Below are positions 33,712 through 44,770 of a stretch of 64,000 nucleotides of DNA, one piece after another (within the stretch, counting starts at the first letter, position 1; the number at the start of each line of letters is the position of its first letter). The position numbers and the translations under genes are program-made. The notes under the pieces are model-generated. The model worked only from the letters and a program-made list of their open reading frames with translations, was not told where the DNA came from and made no database searches. The DNA is from a candidate division FCPU426 bacterium (GTDB lineage Bacteria; Oederibacteriota; Muellerivitia; Muellerivitales; Muellerivitaceae): the NCBI GenBank assembly GCA_963738405.1, contig CAVTWJ010000012.1, forward strand, positions 94,609 to 158,608. Reading direction: 5' to 3'.

Positions 33712-34401
33712 CTAACGAGTGTTTTTAAGCATGTACTGATAAAGCTCTTCGGCCGATTCCTCAACGCTTAAATGGCTATGGTCCATCACGATAGATTCGG
33801 GGGTCTTTCGCAGTCCCCCGACGGACCGGTTAATATCCCTCCCGTCCCTGGCCCTCACTTCTTCCAGCACCTTTTCAAGGCTGGCGGCCACACCCGCTTT
33901 TTGAAGATCCTTCCAACGCCTTTGAGCCCTGGTTTCCACCGAGGCGTCCAAATAAAACTTGTACTGGGCGTCGGGAAAAACGTCCGTTCCGATATCCCGT
34001 CCCTCCAAAACCGCGCCACCGTAGGGAGCGCTGTCCTCTCGGCCCATGCGCTGCTGGCGCGCGACCAAAATTTTACGCACCGGGACCGAATTGGCGATAA
34101 AAGCGGAGGCCTGGGTCACTTCAGGAGTTCTAATTTCCTTCGTCACTTCCCCGCCGTCCATAAGAACTTTGTTTTCGGGTTCGGCGGGTTTTAACTCGAT
34201 AAGACACCCCGTCGCGATCTTTTCTAGTTCGGAATCGCTCTTGAGATCCGCCTTCAAACGAAGGGCCTTCAGGGTGACGGCGCGGTACATGGCGCCGGTA
34301 TCGATGTGAAGATAACCCAGTTTTTTTGCCAGGGTTTTGGCCACCGTGCTCTTTCCCGCGCCAGCGGGGCCGTCGATAGCGACAATGATAGGGGCTTTCA
34401 T
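33712..34401 (-). CDS. cmk: Cytidylate kinase
   Basis: AIDGPAGAGKST, DTGAMYRA, EGRDIGT. Confidence 0.97.
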   Translation of the reverse strand: MKAPIIVAIDGPAGAGKSTVAKTLAKKLGYLHIDTGAMYRAVTLKALRLKADLKSDSELEKIATGCLIELKPAEPENKVLMDGGEVTKEIRTPEVTQASAFIANSVPVRKILVARQQRMGREDSAPYGGAVLEGRDIGTDVFPDAQYKFYLDASVETRAQRRWKDLQKAGVAASLEKVLEEVRARDGRDINRSVGGLRKTPESIVMDHSHLSVEESAEELYQYMLKNTR

Positions 34402-34414
34402 GAGGTACCTTTCT

Positions 34415-35710
34415 TTAAAACCGGGTCACTTTGTGAAGGGATTCCTCGAACCCCGGAAAGGAAGTATTAATATTTTCCGTGTCGAGGATAGTGGTAGAGC
34501 CTTGGGCGGCTAACCCCGCCACCGCCAAGGCCATGGCGATGCGGTGGTCTCCGCCAGAGGAAAGTTTTGTTCCGGTGAGGTGGGTGGGACCGTTAATGAC
34601 CCATCCGTCTTGGGTGGCCTCAATCCTTGCCCCCATTTTACGCAGGGTCACGGCCATCATCAGAATGCGGTCCGATTCCTTGACCTTCAGGTCTTCGGCA
34701 TTCTTCACCACAGTTGTTCCAAAGGCTTGGGAGGCGGCCACGGCAAAAACGGGGAATTCATCCACCATCCGGGGCACCAGACTGCCACCGGCCTGAACCG
34801 CCTTAAGGCGGGAATATTGCACAAAAAGATCGGCCAAAGGCTCCTCGCCTCTTTTGATCTTGTGAGGATGGACCTTTATGTTCGCCCCCATTTTCTTTAA
34901 CACGTCAATGAGCCCGGTGCGGGTGGGATTCATGCCGACGTTTTTGAGCCGAAGCTTGGCTCCGGGGACAATCAACCCGGCCACGATAAAAAATGCTGCT
35001 GAGGAAATATCCCCAGGGACCTGGAGGGTTCTTCCATAAAATGGGTGAATGGGCCCTTTGATAGATATGGATTTGCGCCTTCTTTTGTGGGGGATTCCAA
35101 AGGCCTTAAACATCCGTTCGGTGTGGTCCCGGGTCGCGACCGGCTCCTCCACGGTGGTTTTGCCCTCGGCGAACATTCCAGCCATGAGCAAACAGGACTT
35201 GACCTGGGCGCTGGCGACCGGAAGCTCGTAAGTGATTCCCTTAAGCTTGGTTCCATCGATCTTCACCGGCAGAAAATTACCGCCTCCCGATCCGGTGATC
35301 TTGGCTCCCATCTGCGCTAAGGGGGCCAGGACCCTTTTCATAGGCCGACGCTGAAGGTATTTGTCCCCGGTCATCCGTGAGGAAAATGGCTGGGCGGCTA
35401 AGAGGCCCATGAGGATGCGGCTGGTGGTGCCTGAATTCCCGGCGTTGAGGACGCTCTTGGGCGCGACGAGGGAATTCAATCCTTTTCCCCGGATGATCAC
35501 TCGATCTCCTTTTTGCTCAATCTGAACCCCCATCGCCTTGAAGATAGCGATGGTGGAAAGGCAGTCGGAGGAGGAGAGGAAATGGTCAATGCGCGTTGTT
35601 CCATAGGCCAAAGAACCCAGCATGACCGCCCGGTGGGAGATGGACTTATCCCCGGGGATCGACAGGGTTCCGGCGAGCGATTGGGCTTGATGAACGACCA
35701 ACTGTTTCAA
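34415..35710 (-). CDS. aroA: EPSP synthase
   Basis: PGDKSISHRA, GNSGTT, ASAQVKS, RDHTERM, KESDR, DHRIAM. Confidence 0.97.
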   Translation of the reverse strand: MKQLVVHQAQSLAGTLSIPGDKSISHRAVMLGSLAYGTTRIDHFLSSSDCLSTIAIFKAMGVQIEQKGDRVIIRGKGLNSLVAPKSVLNAGNSGTTSRILMGLLAAQPFSSRMTGDKYLQRRPMKRVLAPLAQMGAKITGSGGGNFLPVKIDGTKLKGITYELPVASAQVKSCLLMAGMFAEGKTTVEEPVATRDHTERMFKAFGIPHKRRRKSISIKGPIHPFYGRTLQVPGDISSAAFFIVAGLIVPGAKLRLKNVGMNPTRTGLIDVLKKMGANIKVHPHKIKRGEEPLADLFVQYSRLKAVQAGGSLVPRMVDEFPVFAVAASQAFGTTVVKNAEDLKVKESDRILMMAVTLRKMGARIEATQDGWVINGPTHLTGTKLSSGGDHRIAMALAVAGLAAQGSTTILDTENINTSFPGFEESLHKVTRF

Positions 35711-36549
35711 AGCTTTTCCCTTATCGAACGCGCCTTTTCAAAGAAACGCGTCCATTCATTTTTTTGACCCTTCATCAAACGCTTTTCCAAGAGGGCCAAT
35801 TCCATGCGGAACCTGCGCAGTGAACTCAAAATCGCTTTACGGTTGTAGAGAAGGATATCCGCCCACATCGCCGGGTTTCCGGCGGCGATGCGGGTACTGT
35901 CCCTGAAACCAGAGCCTACACCTAAGCGGGTTTTTGGTTTTTGGTGTGCCCTATGGTCGTATTGGTGGATGAGGAGCGAGGCCAAAAGATGGGGGAGATG
36001 ACTGGTCAGGGCCACAATTTCATCATGCTCCCGAGCCCCCAAAAGAACCGGTTTTCCCCCAACCTGCCTCCAAAATGCGCAGGCCGATTGGACAAGCCCA
36101 GCCGGACTTTTGCTCAAGGGCGTAATGAAAATGATTCGATTTCGATAAAGACCCTTTTCCGCGGCCATGACGCCGGATTTTTCCTTTCCCGCCATCGGGT
36201 GGCATGGAACGAAATGGTTCGAGGCTCCGGGAATCTTTTCAGCCGATTCCACGAGGGCGCCCTTGACGCTGGAAACATCCATGATCAAGGTTGCGGCATG
36301 GTCTTTTCGCAATAAACCGGGGAGAGCCTCCAAGACGGCTCCCGAATGGGAACAAAGGACGATGATATCCGCCCCTTCCACTGCGCTCTCAAAGCTGGGG
36401 GCCACCTTCATCAGTTTGGCCGCTTTACGCCGGGAGATTGCCCGGTGGTTCCATCCCACCAAGTCATATCCTTCCCTACTTTTCAAATCCATGGCCAGGG
36501 AGCCGCCCAAGAGGCCCACTCCAATAATGGTGACTTTCTTTTTTTTCAA
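35707..36549 (-). CDS. tyrA: Prephenate/arogenate dehydrogenase
   Basis: GVGLLGGS, DVSSVK, HPMAGKEKSG, SHLPHL, GFRDSTRIA. Confidence 0.93.
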   Translation of the reverse strand: MKKKKVTIIGVGLLGGSLAMDLKSREGYDLVGWNHRAISRRKAAKLMKVAPSFESAVEGADIIVLCSHSGAVLEALPGLLRKDHAATLIMDVSSVKGALVESAEKIPGASNHFVPCHPMAGKEKSGVMAAEKGLYRNRIIFITPLSKSPAGLVQSACAFWRQVGGKPVLLGAREHDEIVALTSHLPHLLASLLIHQYDHRAHQKPKTRLGVGSGFRDSTRIAAGNPAMWADILLYNRKAILSSLRRFRMELALLEKRLMKGQKNEWTRFFEKARSIREKL

Positions 36550-37637
36550 CTTTTGCCCCCGCCCGTCATCTTTTGAAAAACTTTTAAGAATCGATCGGTT
36601 TCTTCCTCGGTCCCGGTCGTCACCCGAAGGGCCTTTTCTCCCATGGGCCGCACGATGATTCCCTCCCGCAACAATCGGTCATAAAGAGATTCGGCTTCGT
36701 TGATTTCAAAATAAATGAAATTAGCCTGACTCTGGACGGGCTGAAGCCCCATTCCCCGAAGCCCTTCCATTAAACGATGCCTGGTACGCCGGTTCAAATC
36801 AACGGCTTTTCTCATATACGGCAAATCCTCCAGCGCGGCCAGGGCAGCGGTTTGCGCGAGCTGGTTGACGTTAAAGGGCTGTCGGGTTTTCTGAAAAAGG
36901 GCAGCCAATTCCGGATGGACTACACCGTACCCCATCCTTAAACCCGCCAATCCGAAAGCCTTTGAAAAGGTGCGCAGAACCGCCAAGTTAGGATAACGAT
37001 CCCTCAAGCTCAGCGATTCAAAATAGGCGGCATCTTCCACATATTCATAATAGGCTTCGTCTAAAACCACCAGCACCTCAGGCGGGCAGACTTTTAAAAA
37101 GGCCTCGACCTCGGCCATCGAAAGGATGGTGCCCGTGGGATTATTGGGGTTGCAAATAAAAACCATGCGGGTCCGGGGCGTGAGGACCTTGGCGAAGGCC
37201 TGTAAATCATGGGTGTGATTCTTCAACGGCACCACTTGCGCTTTGGCTTGGTTTATTTGGCCGACCAGTTGGTAAACCACAAAGCTTGGAGAGGCATAAA
37301 TAATTTCGTCCCCAGGATTGAGGATCATTTCACCAAGGAGGACGAGTATTTCATTGGAACCGTTTCCCAGAACAATGGATTCAGGCTTCACCCCCAGATA
37401 GACGGCGAGCTTTTTTGTCAGTTCATGGGCGCCGCCATCGGGATACCTGCCCCACTGGGAGAAACTTTTTTCCACAGCTTCCAAGCATCGGGGCGAAGGC
37501 CCGAGGGGGTTTTCGTTGGAGGCGATCTTGGCGGCGTTTTTGATCCCCAGTTCCCTTTCCAATTCCTCAAGGGGCTTTCCGGGAACATAGGGCTTGATGG
37601 TTTGGAGGTGGGAGCGCAAAGGGACCGAAAAAAACAT
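36546..37637 (-). CDS. hisC: Histidinol-phosphate/aromatic aminotransferase
   Basis: ASNENPLGPS, CNPNNPTG, DEAY, RTFSKAFGLAGLRMGY. Confidence 0.95.
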   Translation of the reverse strand: MFFSVPLRSHLQTIKPYVPGKPLEELERELGIKNAAKIASNENPLGPSPRCLEAVEKSFSQWGRYPDGGAHELTKKLAVYLGVKPESIVLGNGSNEILVLLGEMILNPGDEIIYASPSFVVYQLVGQINQAKAQVVPLKNHTHDLQAFAKVLTPRTRMVFICNPNNPTGTILSMAEVEAFLKVCPPEVLVVLDEAYYEYVEDAAYFESLSLRDRYPNLAVLRTFSKAFGLAGLRMGYGVVHPELAALFQKTRQPFNVNQLAQTAALAALEDLPYMRKAVDLNRRTRHRLMEGLRGMGLQPVQSQANFIYFEINEAESLYDRLLREGIIVRPMGEKALRVTTGTEEETDRFLKVFQKMTGGGKS

Positions 37638-37640
37638 TTT

Positions 37641-38723
37641 TTAGCTTTCGCTCCGGGGATAGGAACCTAAAACCTTCACCGTCAGGGCCGCCTTTTCCAC
37701 CGCCCCGATGGCCGCCTGAATTTTTTTATCCTGGATATGACCTAGAAAATCGATGAAGAAATAATAATCCCAGGCTTTCTTGCGGGAAGGGCGGGATTCG
37801 ATGCTCGTCATGTTCAATCCCTGTTTCCGGAAGGGCAAAAGAAGATCATAAAGGGCTCCAACCTTGTCCTTAATGGAAACCATCAAGGCTGTCTTGTCAT
37901 CTCCCGTTTTTTCGGCGATGGCTTTGCCGATGACCAGAAACCGGGTGTAATTATCCTGCATATCCTCGATCCGTCGGGCGATAGCCCGTAAATGGTAAAG
38001 CCGGGCGGCTAATTCGGGAGCGATGGCCGCAGCCGTGGGGTCGGAGGTGGCGATTTGGGCCGCCTTGGCGGTACTCGCGCTTTCGATGATTTTCACTCCC
38101 GGCAAGCTGGCTTCCAGCCAGAGACGGCATTGGGCCAGGGCTTGTGGATGGCTGTAGACTTTCTTGACCTGTTCCATCCGTCCAGAGCGGGACATGAGGG
38201 TATAGGTGATGGGAATGTAGATTTCGGAGCAAATTTTTAATTCCGACTCCACGAAAAGGTCGAGCGTATGATTAATCGTGCCTTCGGTTGAATTTTCAAT
38301 CGGCACGACCCCGTAATGGGCCCTGTTTCGCTCTACCTCTAAAAAGACATCCCGAAGGGAAGCCCCCGCCACGTAATGGGCCGAGGAGCCGAATTTTTCA
38401 AGCGCTGCAATGTGCGTGTTGGTCCCCAATTGCCCGAAATAAGCGATTTTGAGGGGCGATTCCAGGGCCAGCGCCCCCGACATAATCTCGCGATAGACCG
38501 CATGGAGGGCTTCCGGCGGAAAAGGGCCCTTGTTTTTTTGAGCAATACGGCGGTAAACCTCAACTTCCCGGTGGGGCGCGTAGAAATGCAATGAATCCTT
38601 CGCCTTAATGGCTCCTACCTTAAGCACCTGGAGCGCCCTTTCATTGAGCAATTGAACAATTTTCCCGTCCAAAGCGTCTATTGAGGATCGAATCGCCGCT
38701 AAGGAATTCTTCTTTTTCACCAT
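37641..38723 (-). CDS. pheA: Chorismate mutase-prephenate dehydratase (P-protein)
   Basis: N-terminal chorismate mutase domain, VPIENSTEG, SHPQALAQC, NYTRF, IESRPS ACT domain. Confidence 0.96.
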   Translation of the reverse strand: MVKKKNSLAAIRSSIDALDGKIVQLLNERALQVLKVGAIKAKDSLHFYAPHREVEVYRRIAQKNKGPFPPEALHAVYREIMSGALALESPLKIAYFGQLGTNTHIAALEKFGSSAHYVAGASLRDVFLEVERNRAHYGVVPIENSTEGTINHTLDLFVESELKICSEIYIPITYTLMSRSGRMEQVKKVYSHPQALAQCRLWLEASLPGVKIIESASTAKAAQIATSDPTAAAIAPELAARLYHLRAIARRIEDMQDNYTRFLVIGKAIAEKTGDDKTALMVSIKDKVGALYDLLLPFRKQGLNMTSIESRPSRKKAWDYYFFIDFLGHIQDKKIQAAIGAVEKAALTVKVLGSYPRSES

Positions 38724-38882
38724 AAGTTCTCTCTTCTATCGATTTTGAACAAAGGTTAGACCCGTTAGATTTTTCAAATAAATGCTGGATTTCTAAGGTA
38801 TGGGTTATTCAACAAACTTTTTGTCGAAAGCGCGAACTTTTTGAAACCTCTTTTAAAACATTGGAATTATATTATATTTCAA

Positions 38883-39761
38883 ATGGCACCCGTAAACTTT
38901 CTCCCAAAACCCTTTTCCAGGCCCGTTCTTTTTGTCGGCATAGCCTTCATCCTGCTTTTCGCGGGGGGCTATGGGTTGGCCTACAGCCTTTCTTACGATA
39001 GAGCCGCTTCCGAAGCCCAACTTTCCATCGATCATTTATCCTATATTCTCGAGGTCAAAGATGACATGGGGCTCATCGATTGGTCCAAATCCATCGAAAA
39101 ATTGGATGACCTCCTGGCATATGATGTTCTAATCAATGGAGTTTCCAAGATTTCAGGGGGAAATAAAACACTTGTACCTCAAAACTTGGCCGAAGGTCTT
39201 TCATTTCACTTCCCCGCTCAATGGAATTTCCTATGGAACCCGGCCAATAAAACTTATGAAACGGTGTTCGTATTTGAGTCAACTCCCTCTCCCTGGATTG
39301 GGGGCTTAGGTTTAAGTCTTTTTGGCTTGGCGGGTTGGTTTGGATGTTTCATTTATCTTCGAGGAACCTTGCAAAAAACCGAACAGCCTTTATCCCCTTT
39401 ACCTAACAATAAACATGTTGCCACTGAGGGCCCAGACTTGACATCCAAGACCCAACCCCCACCCTCAAAGGCCCGTTCCACCCTTCCCTATCTGGTCGTA
39501 AATAATAACTTTAACATTACAGAATTTTCCCCTTCGCTTACCGACGTTTTTACCTTCTTTAACCCGGCGACCCATAATTTTTTTCTCGATCTTGAGCCCA
39601 CCGAGGAGCTTTTAAATCGAATGGAAATAAGGGAAGAGGGGCACGTCCCCAACGCCTTCAAATCCCTCAAGGGAAGGGGCGCAACCCTCAAAACCTTGGA
39701 GGAAGATTTGCTCTTGATTTTGGAGCCATCGTTTGAGGCCTCCACCCCCCAAAAACATTGA
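38883..39761 (+). CDS. Hypothetical membrane protein (two TM segments)
   Basis: Long ORF divergent from pheA with two hydrophobic segments; start uncertain. Confidence 0.6.
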   Translation: MAPVNFLPKPFSRPVLFVGIAFILLFAGGYGLAYSLSYDRAASEAQLSIDHLSYILEVKDDMGLIDWSKSIEKLDDLLAYDVLINGVSKISGGNKTLVPQNLAEGLSFHFPAQWNFLWNPANKTYETVFVFESTPSPWIGGLGLSLFGLAGWFGCFIYLRGTLQKTEQPLSPLPNNKHVATEGPDLTSKTQPPPSKARSTLPYLVVNNNFNITEFSPSLTDVFTFFNPATHNFFLDLEPTEELLNRMEIREEGHVPNAFKSLKGRGATLKTLEEDLLLILEPSFEASTPQKH

Positions 39762-39842
39762 ATTTGTTGACTTTAGTGGGGTGAAACCATAAACTGCCAA
39801 CTGAATTTTTAATTTCCAATTTTCACGAAAAGGGACTCTGGA

Positions 39843-41147
39843 TTGCGCGAAACCCTGAAAAGCCTGTCCATTTTCTCCGCGATGTTGCTTGTTCTTCTGA
39901 TGATCTCCACCGGTTGTGACGTCAATATTCCCGGTTGCGGTAAGCGTTCCCTTCCTTTTTTTAAGAAAATTATTCCTCCCGCCCCAACCTCCACCCCTGT
40001 TCCTGTCGTGGTTCCATCCGCTAATCAGGTATCTAATCCTTTGCCGACCCCCATTGCGGCCGCTTCCGCCAACCCAAATCAAAAAAACACAAATAAATCT
40101 ATTGCGGTTGATGAGGAAATGTCGATTTCAAAACCCTCCCCTACCGCCACACTCCCACCCACTGCCACGGCCACACCCATCAATATCGAAAAGATCGCTT
40201 TTACAACCTGGGAAGATAAAGTCTCGTCCCTTTGGACCATGAACACCGATGGAACCGCTCAAACCCGGGTCACACCCAAGGGCGTCGATGGCTGGTTCCC
40301 CAGCTGGTCGCCCAACGGCAAATTGCTGGCCTTTCTGGCCCGAACCAACGGAAAAATTAACTTATTTGTTCAGAAAAAGGGCGACACGGATTACCAACAA
40401 TTGACCCAATTTGACGACTGGGTTCTTGACTCAACCGACAATTTAAAATCAATGTTGACCTGGTCGCCCTTAAGCGAAGAGATCGCCTTTGTCTATCATC
40501 GTCAAATCTGGAAGGTGATTATCAAATCACAGGCAATTGTGACCCTTTTTACCTCGGACCCTAATTTCAATATCGCGCAAGAGGAATGGGCCCCCCATAG
40601 GGATAACAAATACATCGCTTTTCTTTATCCCCAAGGCATCAATTACTCCAGCCTTTATCTGGTGAATCCGCGTCAAAAGGATTCGCTTGATTTATTTGAT
40701 TCCGACCATGCCCTACTTGACCTTTCCTGGTCGCCCGATGCCCTCCGGGTCGCCTTTTCAGTCAAGCCGGATAGCATCTATACCGCCTCCGCCAACACCT
40801 CCCACCCTGTTCCCCTTATTCTTGGCGCCAGCCCCGAATTAGGCCCTCTTTTGCGTTATTCACCTTCCGAATCAGGGAAACCCATGGTAATGCTGCTGGC
40901 AAAAGAAGACATAACGGATAATGGTTATCGGGTCGCCCTCATTGATCGGCCATCCAAAGACGCCACGGATACCGGTTCTTTGAAGTTTCTAACCGAACCC
41001 GGGGTTAGCAACGCCATTTGGTCGCCGGATGGGTCCAAAATCGCCTATATCGTCAACGGCGACTTATGGATTATGGACAATACCGGAAATAACAAAAATC
41101 TTATCTCCCTCAACGGAATCATGCACCCCGACTGGTCAACCAAATGA
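39843..41147 (+). CDS. TolB-like (PD40) beta-propeller lipoprotein
   Basis: Putative lipobox STGC, Pro/Thr-rich linker, repeated PSWSPNGK/WSPDG motifs. Confidence 0.85.
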   Translation: MRETLKSLSIFSAMLLVLLMISTGCDVNIPGCGKRSLPFFKKIIPPAPTSTPVPVVVPSANQVSNPLPTPIAAASANPNQKNTNKSIAVDEEMSISKPSPTATLPPTATATPINIEKIAFTTWEDKVSSLWTMNTDGTAQTRVTPKGVDGWFPSWSPNGKLLAFLARTNGKINLFVQKKGDTDYQQLTQFDDWVLDSTDNLKSMLTWSPLSEEIAFVYHRQIWKVIIKSQAIVTLFTSDPNFNIAQEEWAPHRDNKYIAFLYPQGINYSSLYLVNPRQKDSLDLFDSDHALLDLSWSPDALRVAFSVKPDSIYTASANTSHPVPLILGASPELGPLLRYSPSESGKPMVMLLAKEDITDNGYRVALIDRPSKDATDTGSLKFLTEPGVSNAIWSPDGSKIAYIVNGDLWIMDNTGNNKNLISLNGIMHPDWSTK

Positions 41148-42112
41148 GGCTCCATTTGAATACCAAGAACCTATCCTTTTTGTGCCTATTGATCCTGGGG
41201 CTCTTCTTTACCAGTCTTGTAGGCTGCAAACACCAAGCACCCCCGCCTCCCCCGCCTGTCCCCACCCCCATGCCTCCTCCGCCGGCCGGAAGCGTGGTCT
41301 TCGTGGAAAGAGGCCACCTCGTCCGCCTTGACCTGGCAACCAACCAAATGGTTCCCCTCACCAGCGGCAAAAGTACCGAATGGTTCCCCTCCTGTTCACC
41401 AGATGGATCCCAAGTGGCCTATTGGTCCAACGCCGGGGACGGTATTTACAATCTCTGGAAAAGAAATCTGGACGGCCAAAATCCGGTTCAATTGACCTTC
41501 AATGAAACCAGTTCCATCGGAAGCACCGAACAAAACCTTCTGGTCAATGACGGTCCCTCCTGGTCCAGCGACGGTAAGAAAATTCTCTATTCGTTAGATG
41601 GTGATATTTGGGCGGTGGATGCCGATGGCTATAACCCCGACACCCTGCTCTCAGGCCAATCGGCCCTGTCGCCTGTCATGTTCCCGGATGGTAAATCGTT
41701 GCTTTACCTTTCCAACAATGGTGCCTCGGTTTACAACCTGTGGACAGAGAATCTTCTCGAAAAAAGCACGAAACAGCTGACCCAATACACCGATTGGAAC
41801 GTTGGGTCGCCATCCATTTCATCGGATGGACACAAAATTCTTATCAATCTTTATCGGGACAACACGACCCAAATCTATACCTTGGACGCGGATGGAACCA
41901 ACCCGGTGAACTTGACCAGTTCCACCCATAATCTTTGCCCACGATTTGCCATGGGAGATAAAGAGGTAGTCTACTGCGGTTGGGTGAGTTCGGTGGACGA
42001 TGGCTTAAACCTTTTCATCATCAATGCCAACGGCACGGAAAACAAAACCATCACGGATGACTACGGGGATTCCCCCAGCTGGGCGCCTGCCCGAGTTATC
42101 ACCAACCCGTAA
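41144..42112 (+). CDS. TolB-like (PD40) beta-propeller lipoprotein
   Basis: Lipobox LVGC, poly-Pro linker, PSCSPDG/PSWSSDG repeats; ATGA overlap with the previous gene. Confidence 0.85.
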   Translation: MRLHLNTKNLSFLCLLILGLFFTSLVGCKHQAPPPPPPVPTPMPPPPAGSVVFVERGHLVRLDLATNQMVPLTSGKSTEWFPSCSPDGSQVAYWSNAGDGIYNLWKRNLDGQNPVQLTFNETSSIGSTEQNLLVNDGPSWSSDGKKILYSLDGDIWAVDADGYNPDTLLSGQSALSPVMFPDGKSLLYLSNNGASVYNLWTENLLEKSTKQLTQYTDWNVGSPSISSDGHKILINLYRDNTTQIYTLDADGTNPVNLTSSTHNLCPRFAMGDKEVVYCGWVSSVDDGLNLFIINANGTENKTITDDYGDSPSWAPARVITNP

Positions 42113-42135
42113 TTTCTAAAAAACTTTTCCCGTAT

Positions 42136-42173
42136 AAAAAAAGGACCCGCGCAAAGCGCGGGTCCTTTTTTTT
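42136..42173. terminator. Bidirectional intrinsic terminator
   Basis: A7-GGACCCGCGC-AAA-GCGCGGGTCC-T8 perfect stem between convergent genes. Confidence 0.93.
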
Positions 42174-42194
42174 CTCTAACCCCAATTTGACCGC

Positions 42195-43505
42195 TTAAAG
42201 CCCCTTCAACAACTCGGGATAAAGCGGGAATTTCTTAGTTAATTCCCCGATTTCACCCTTCACCTTATTACGCACTCTTTCGTCCTCCGGGGCCGAAACT
42301 ACGTCATTGATCCACTTGGCGACCTGCTTGAATTCGGCCTCTTTGAAACCCCGAGTCGTCAAGGCCGGGCTTCCCAACCTTAGACCGCTGGTCAGCAAAG
42401 GCGATTCGGTGTCATAGGGCACAGAGTTCTTATTCGTCGTGATATTGGCCTCATCCAGGGCCAATTGGGCCTGCTTTCCGTTGACCTTCTTGTTGCGAAG
42501 ATCAATGAGCATCAAGTGGTTGTCGGTTCCGCCTGAAACGACCTGAAAACCGAAGCCGATCAACGCCTCGCAAAGGGCTTTGGCGTTGGCCTTAATCTGC
42601 TGGGCGTAGCCCTTAAACGAGGGCTGGAGGGCTTCCTGAAAGGCCACCGCCTTGGCGCCCACCACATGCATCAAGGGCCCGCCCTGGATGCCTGGGATAA
42701 TCTGGCTGTCCAAAAGCTCGCTCATTTTGCGCACCCGTCCACTCTTGGGAGCCGTGATTCCGAAGGGGTTATCGAAATCTTTTCCCATCAAGATCATGCC
42801 GCCCCGGGGCCCCCGCAGGGTCTTGTGGGTGGTGGTCGTGACCACATGGCAGTGGGCCATGGGATTGTTCAATTCACCGGCGGCGATCAGGCCCGCCGTA
42901 TGGGCGATATCGGCCCAAAGGAAAGCCCCCACCTCGTCGGCGATTTTACGGAATTCAGCGTAATCCCAATCCCTAGAATAAGCCGAGGCGCCGATGCTAA
43001 TCATTTTGGGATGGTGCTGGCGGGCCAATTCCTTCACTTGTTCCAAGTCGACCCGTCCGTCTTCTTTTCGGGTTTGGTAGCCGTGGAAGTTGTACATTTT
43101 GCCTGAAAAATTCACCTTGCTTCCGTGGGTCAGGTGGCCCCCGTGGGAAAGATCGAGCCCCAGGATAGTGTCCCCTGGCTTCACAAAAGTAAAATAGACG
43201 GCCATGTTGGCCTGGCTTCCCGAGTGGGGCTGAACGTTCACGTATTCGGCGTTAGAAAAAAGCTTGGCGGCCCTTTCCCGCGCCAGGTTCTCCACTAGGT
43301 CCACATACTCACAGCCGCCGTAATAGCGGTTGCCCGGATAGCCCTCGGCGTACTTGTTGGTCATCACCCCGCCCTGGGCGGCCATCACCGCCAGGCTGGT
43401 GAAATTTTCTGACGCGATCATTTCCAGCTTTTCGTTCTGGCGTTTCAACTCCAAAACGTTAGCTTCATAAACTTGGGGATCGGATTTTAAAAAGTCTTGG
43501 AACAT
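42195..43505 (-). CDS. glyA: Serine hydroxymethyltransferase
   Basis: [44 protein letters not shown]. Confidence 0.98.
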   Translation of the reverse strand: MFQDFLKSDPQVYEANVLELKRQNEKLEMIASENFTSLAVMAAQGGVMTNKYAEGYPGNRYYGGCEYVDLVENLARERAAKLFSNAEYVNVQPHSGSQANMAVYFTFVKPGDTILGLDLSHGGHLTHGSKVNFSGKMYNFHGYQTRKEDGRVDLEQVKELARQHHPKMISIGASAYSRDWDYAEFRKIADEVGAFLWADIAHTAGLIAAGELNNPMAHCHVVTTTTHKTLRGPRGGMILMGKDFDNPFGITAPKSGRVRKMSELLDSQIIPGIQGGPLMHVVGAKAVAFQEALQPSFKGYAQQIKANAKALCEALIGFGFQVVSGGTDNHLMLIDLRNKKVNGKQAQLALDEANITTNKNSVPYDTESPLLTSGLRLGSPALTTRGFKEAEFKQVAKWINDVVSAPEDERVRNKVKGEIGELTKKFPLYPELLKGL

Positions 43506-43556
43506 ATCGGCTCCTTGGGTGGAATGGGGGTCATTATAAGGGGCGGATTGGCCTTG

Positions 43557-43898
43557 CTAAGAAACAAAATATTTTTCCAAAAGGGTTCTCTTTTTCCATC
43601 CTCTTTTTTCAGCCTCGCCAGCCGGGGCTTCCAGGCACCCAAAGGTACCCGGGGGCCCAAACCAGAAGCGCCAAGCGGGGACTTGGGAATGGATCGCCAG
43701 AACCCGGTAGTCCTTATCCAAAAAAATCAAATCGGGTTTGAGAAAAGTAAAAAAGGAATGGACTGAAGCGCATTGGGGAAACCAAAGGGCGTCATAGGAT
43801 CTCGGCCATTGGGTTTTCATCATCAGGCCCCAAAAACGAATACCGTACGAAGAAGCGGTATTCACCCTCAAGGTCCATTTACCCTTGGAAACCTTCAT
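43557..43898 (-). CDS. DUF192-family protein
   Basis: RFWGLM...ALWFPQCASVHSFF...DLIFLDK...CLEAPAG; this family is often next to tad genes. Confidence 0.75.
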   Translation of the reverse strand: MKVSKGKWTLRVNTASSYGIRFWGLMMKTQWPRSYDALWFPQCASVHSFFTFLKPDLIFLDKDYRVLAIHSQVPAWRFWFGPPGTFGCLEAPAGEAEKRGWKKRTLLEKYFVS

Positions 43899-44767
43899 TT
43901 GCCCAGGAACTGTAAAAACACTGGCCCGAAAATAATCAGAAAGGTCACAGGCATGATGAAAAACACCAATGGAAGTAACATTTTTACCGGAAGCTCCTGC
44001 ACGGCTTTTTCCGCCATCTGGGTTTGCTTATCCCGCAAAGTCAGGGATAACTGCCTTAGGGTCTTTGCGACGCCGGTTCCAAACCTCTCAGCGTGGATGA
44101 GGCTGGTGGTGAAAAGAGAGAAATCAGTCAGTTGAAGCCGGGAAGCGGCGGTTTCCAGGGCGGCCTTGCGGCTCGACCCGGACCTTGTCTGTTCCAAAAG
44201 GGCAGAAAACTCAAAACCAAGGGGATTGGGTCTGGCGTTTTTGAGGTATTGGTCTATTCCCTGTTCCACCGTTAATCCTGCCTCACAGCAAAGCGAAACC
44301 ACCTCCAGGGCATTTGGAAGCTCCCTCAAAATGCGTCTTTCCCGCTTCAAAGCTATATCCCTCAGCCAAATCACCGGCAAGGCCGCGCCCAATGCCAGCC
44401 CCACGCAAGCCAATGAGAATGTGTCTAAAAGTAGGTACAAGATTAGGAATGAACCTGCCCCCGCCAGAATTTGATAGCCCAATATTTGTTGGGGTTGAAA
44501 TTCATCCCTGCGGGAACGATTCAATAGCCCGCCCACCCATTCGTAATAGATTTTCGCGATGGGCAGGCGGTCTTGTAAACCACTTAGAAAATTTTCACCA
44601 AGAGCCAAAACCGATTGCAGGGGCAGTGCTTTTTTTCGCTGGGAGAGCGCGGTTTTGATGCGTTGGGTTTGATGGTGTTTTTCCACCCGGTCCCATAATC
44701 CTTCCACGATCAACCCGAAACCCCATCCCAGACAGGCTGAGGAAGCTAAAAGAAGAATGAGTATCAT
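43895..44767 (-). CDS. tadC: Tad pilus inner-membrane platform protein TadC (T2SSF domain)
   Basis: ELPNALEVVSLCCEAGL...AERFGTGVAKTLR...AEKAVQELPVKMLLPLVFFIMP. Confidence 0.88.
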   Translation of the reverse strand: MILILLLASSACLGWGFGLIVEGLWDRVEKHHQTQRIKTALSQRKKALPLQSVLALGENFLSGLQDRLPIAKIYYEWVGGLLNRSRRDEFQPQQILGYQILAGAGSFLILYLLLDTFSLACVGLALGAALPVIWLRDIALKRERRILRELPNALEVVSLCCEAGLTVEQGIDQYLKNARPNPLGFEFSALLEQTRSGSSRKAALETAASRLQLTDFSLFTTSLIHAERFGTGVAKTLRQLSLTLRDKQTQMAEKAVQELPVKMLLPLVFFIMPVTFLIIFGPVFLQFLGK

Positions 44768-44770
44768 GGT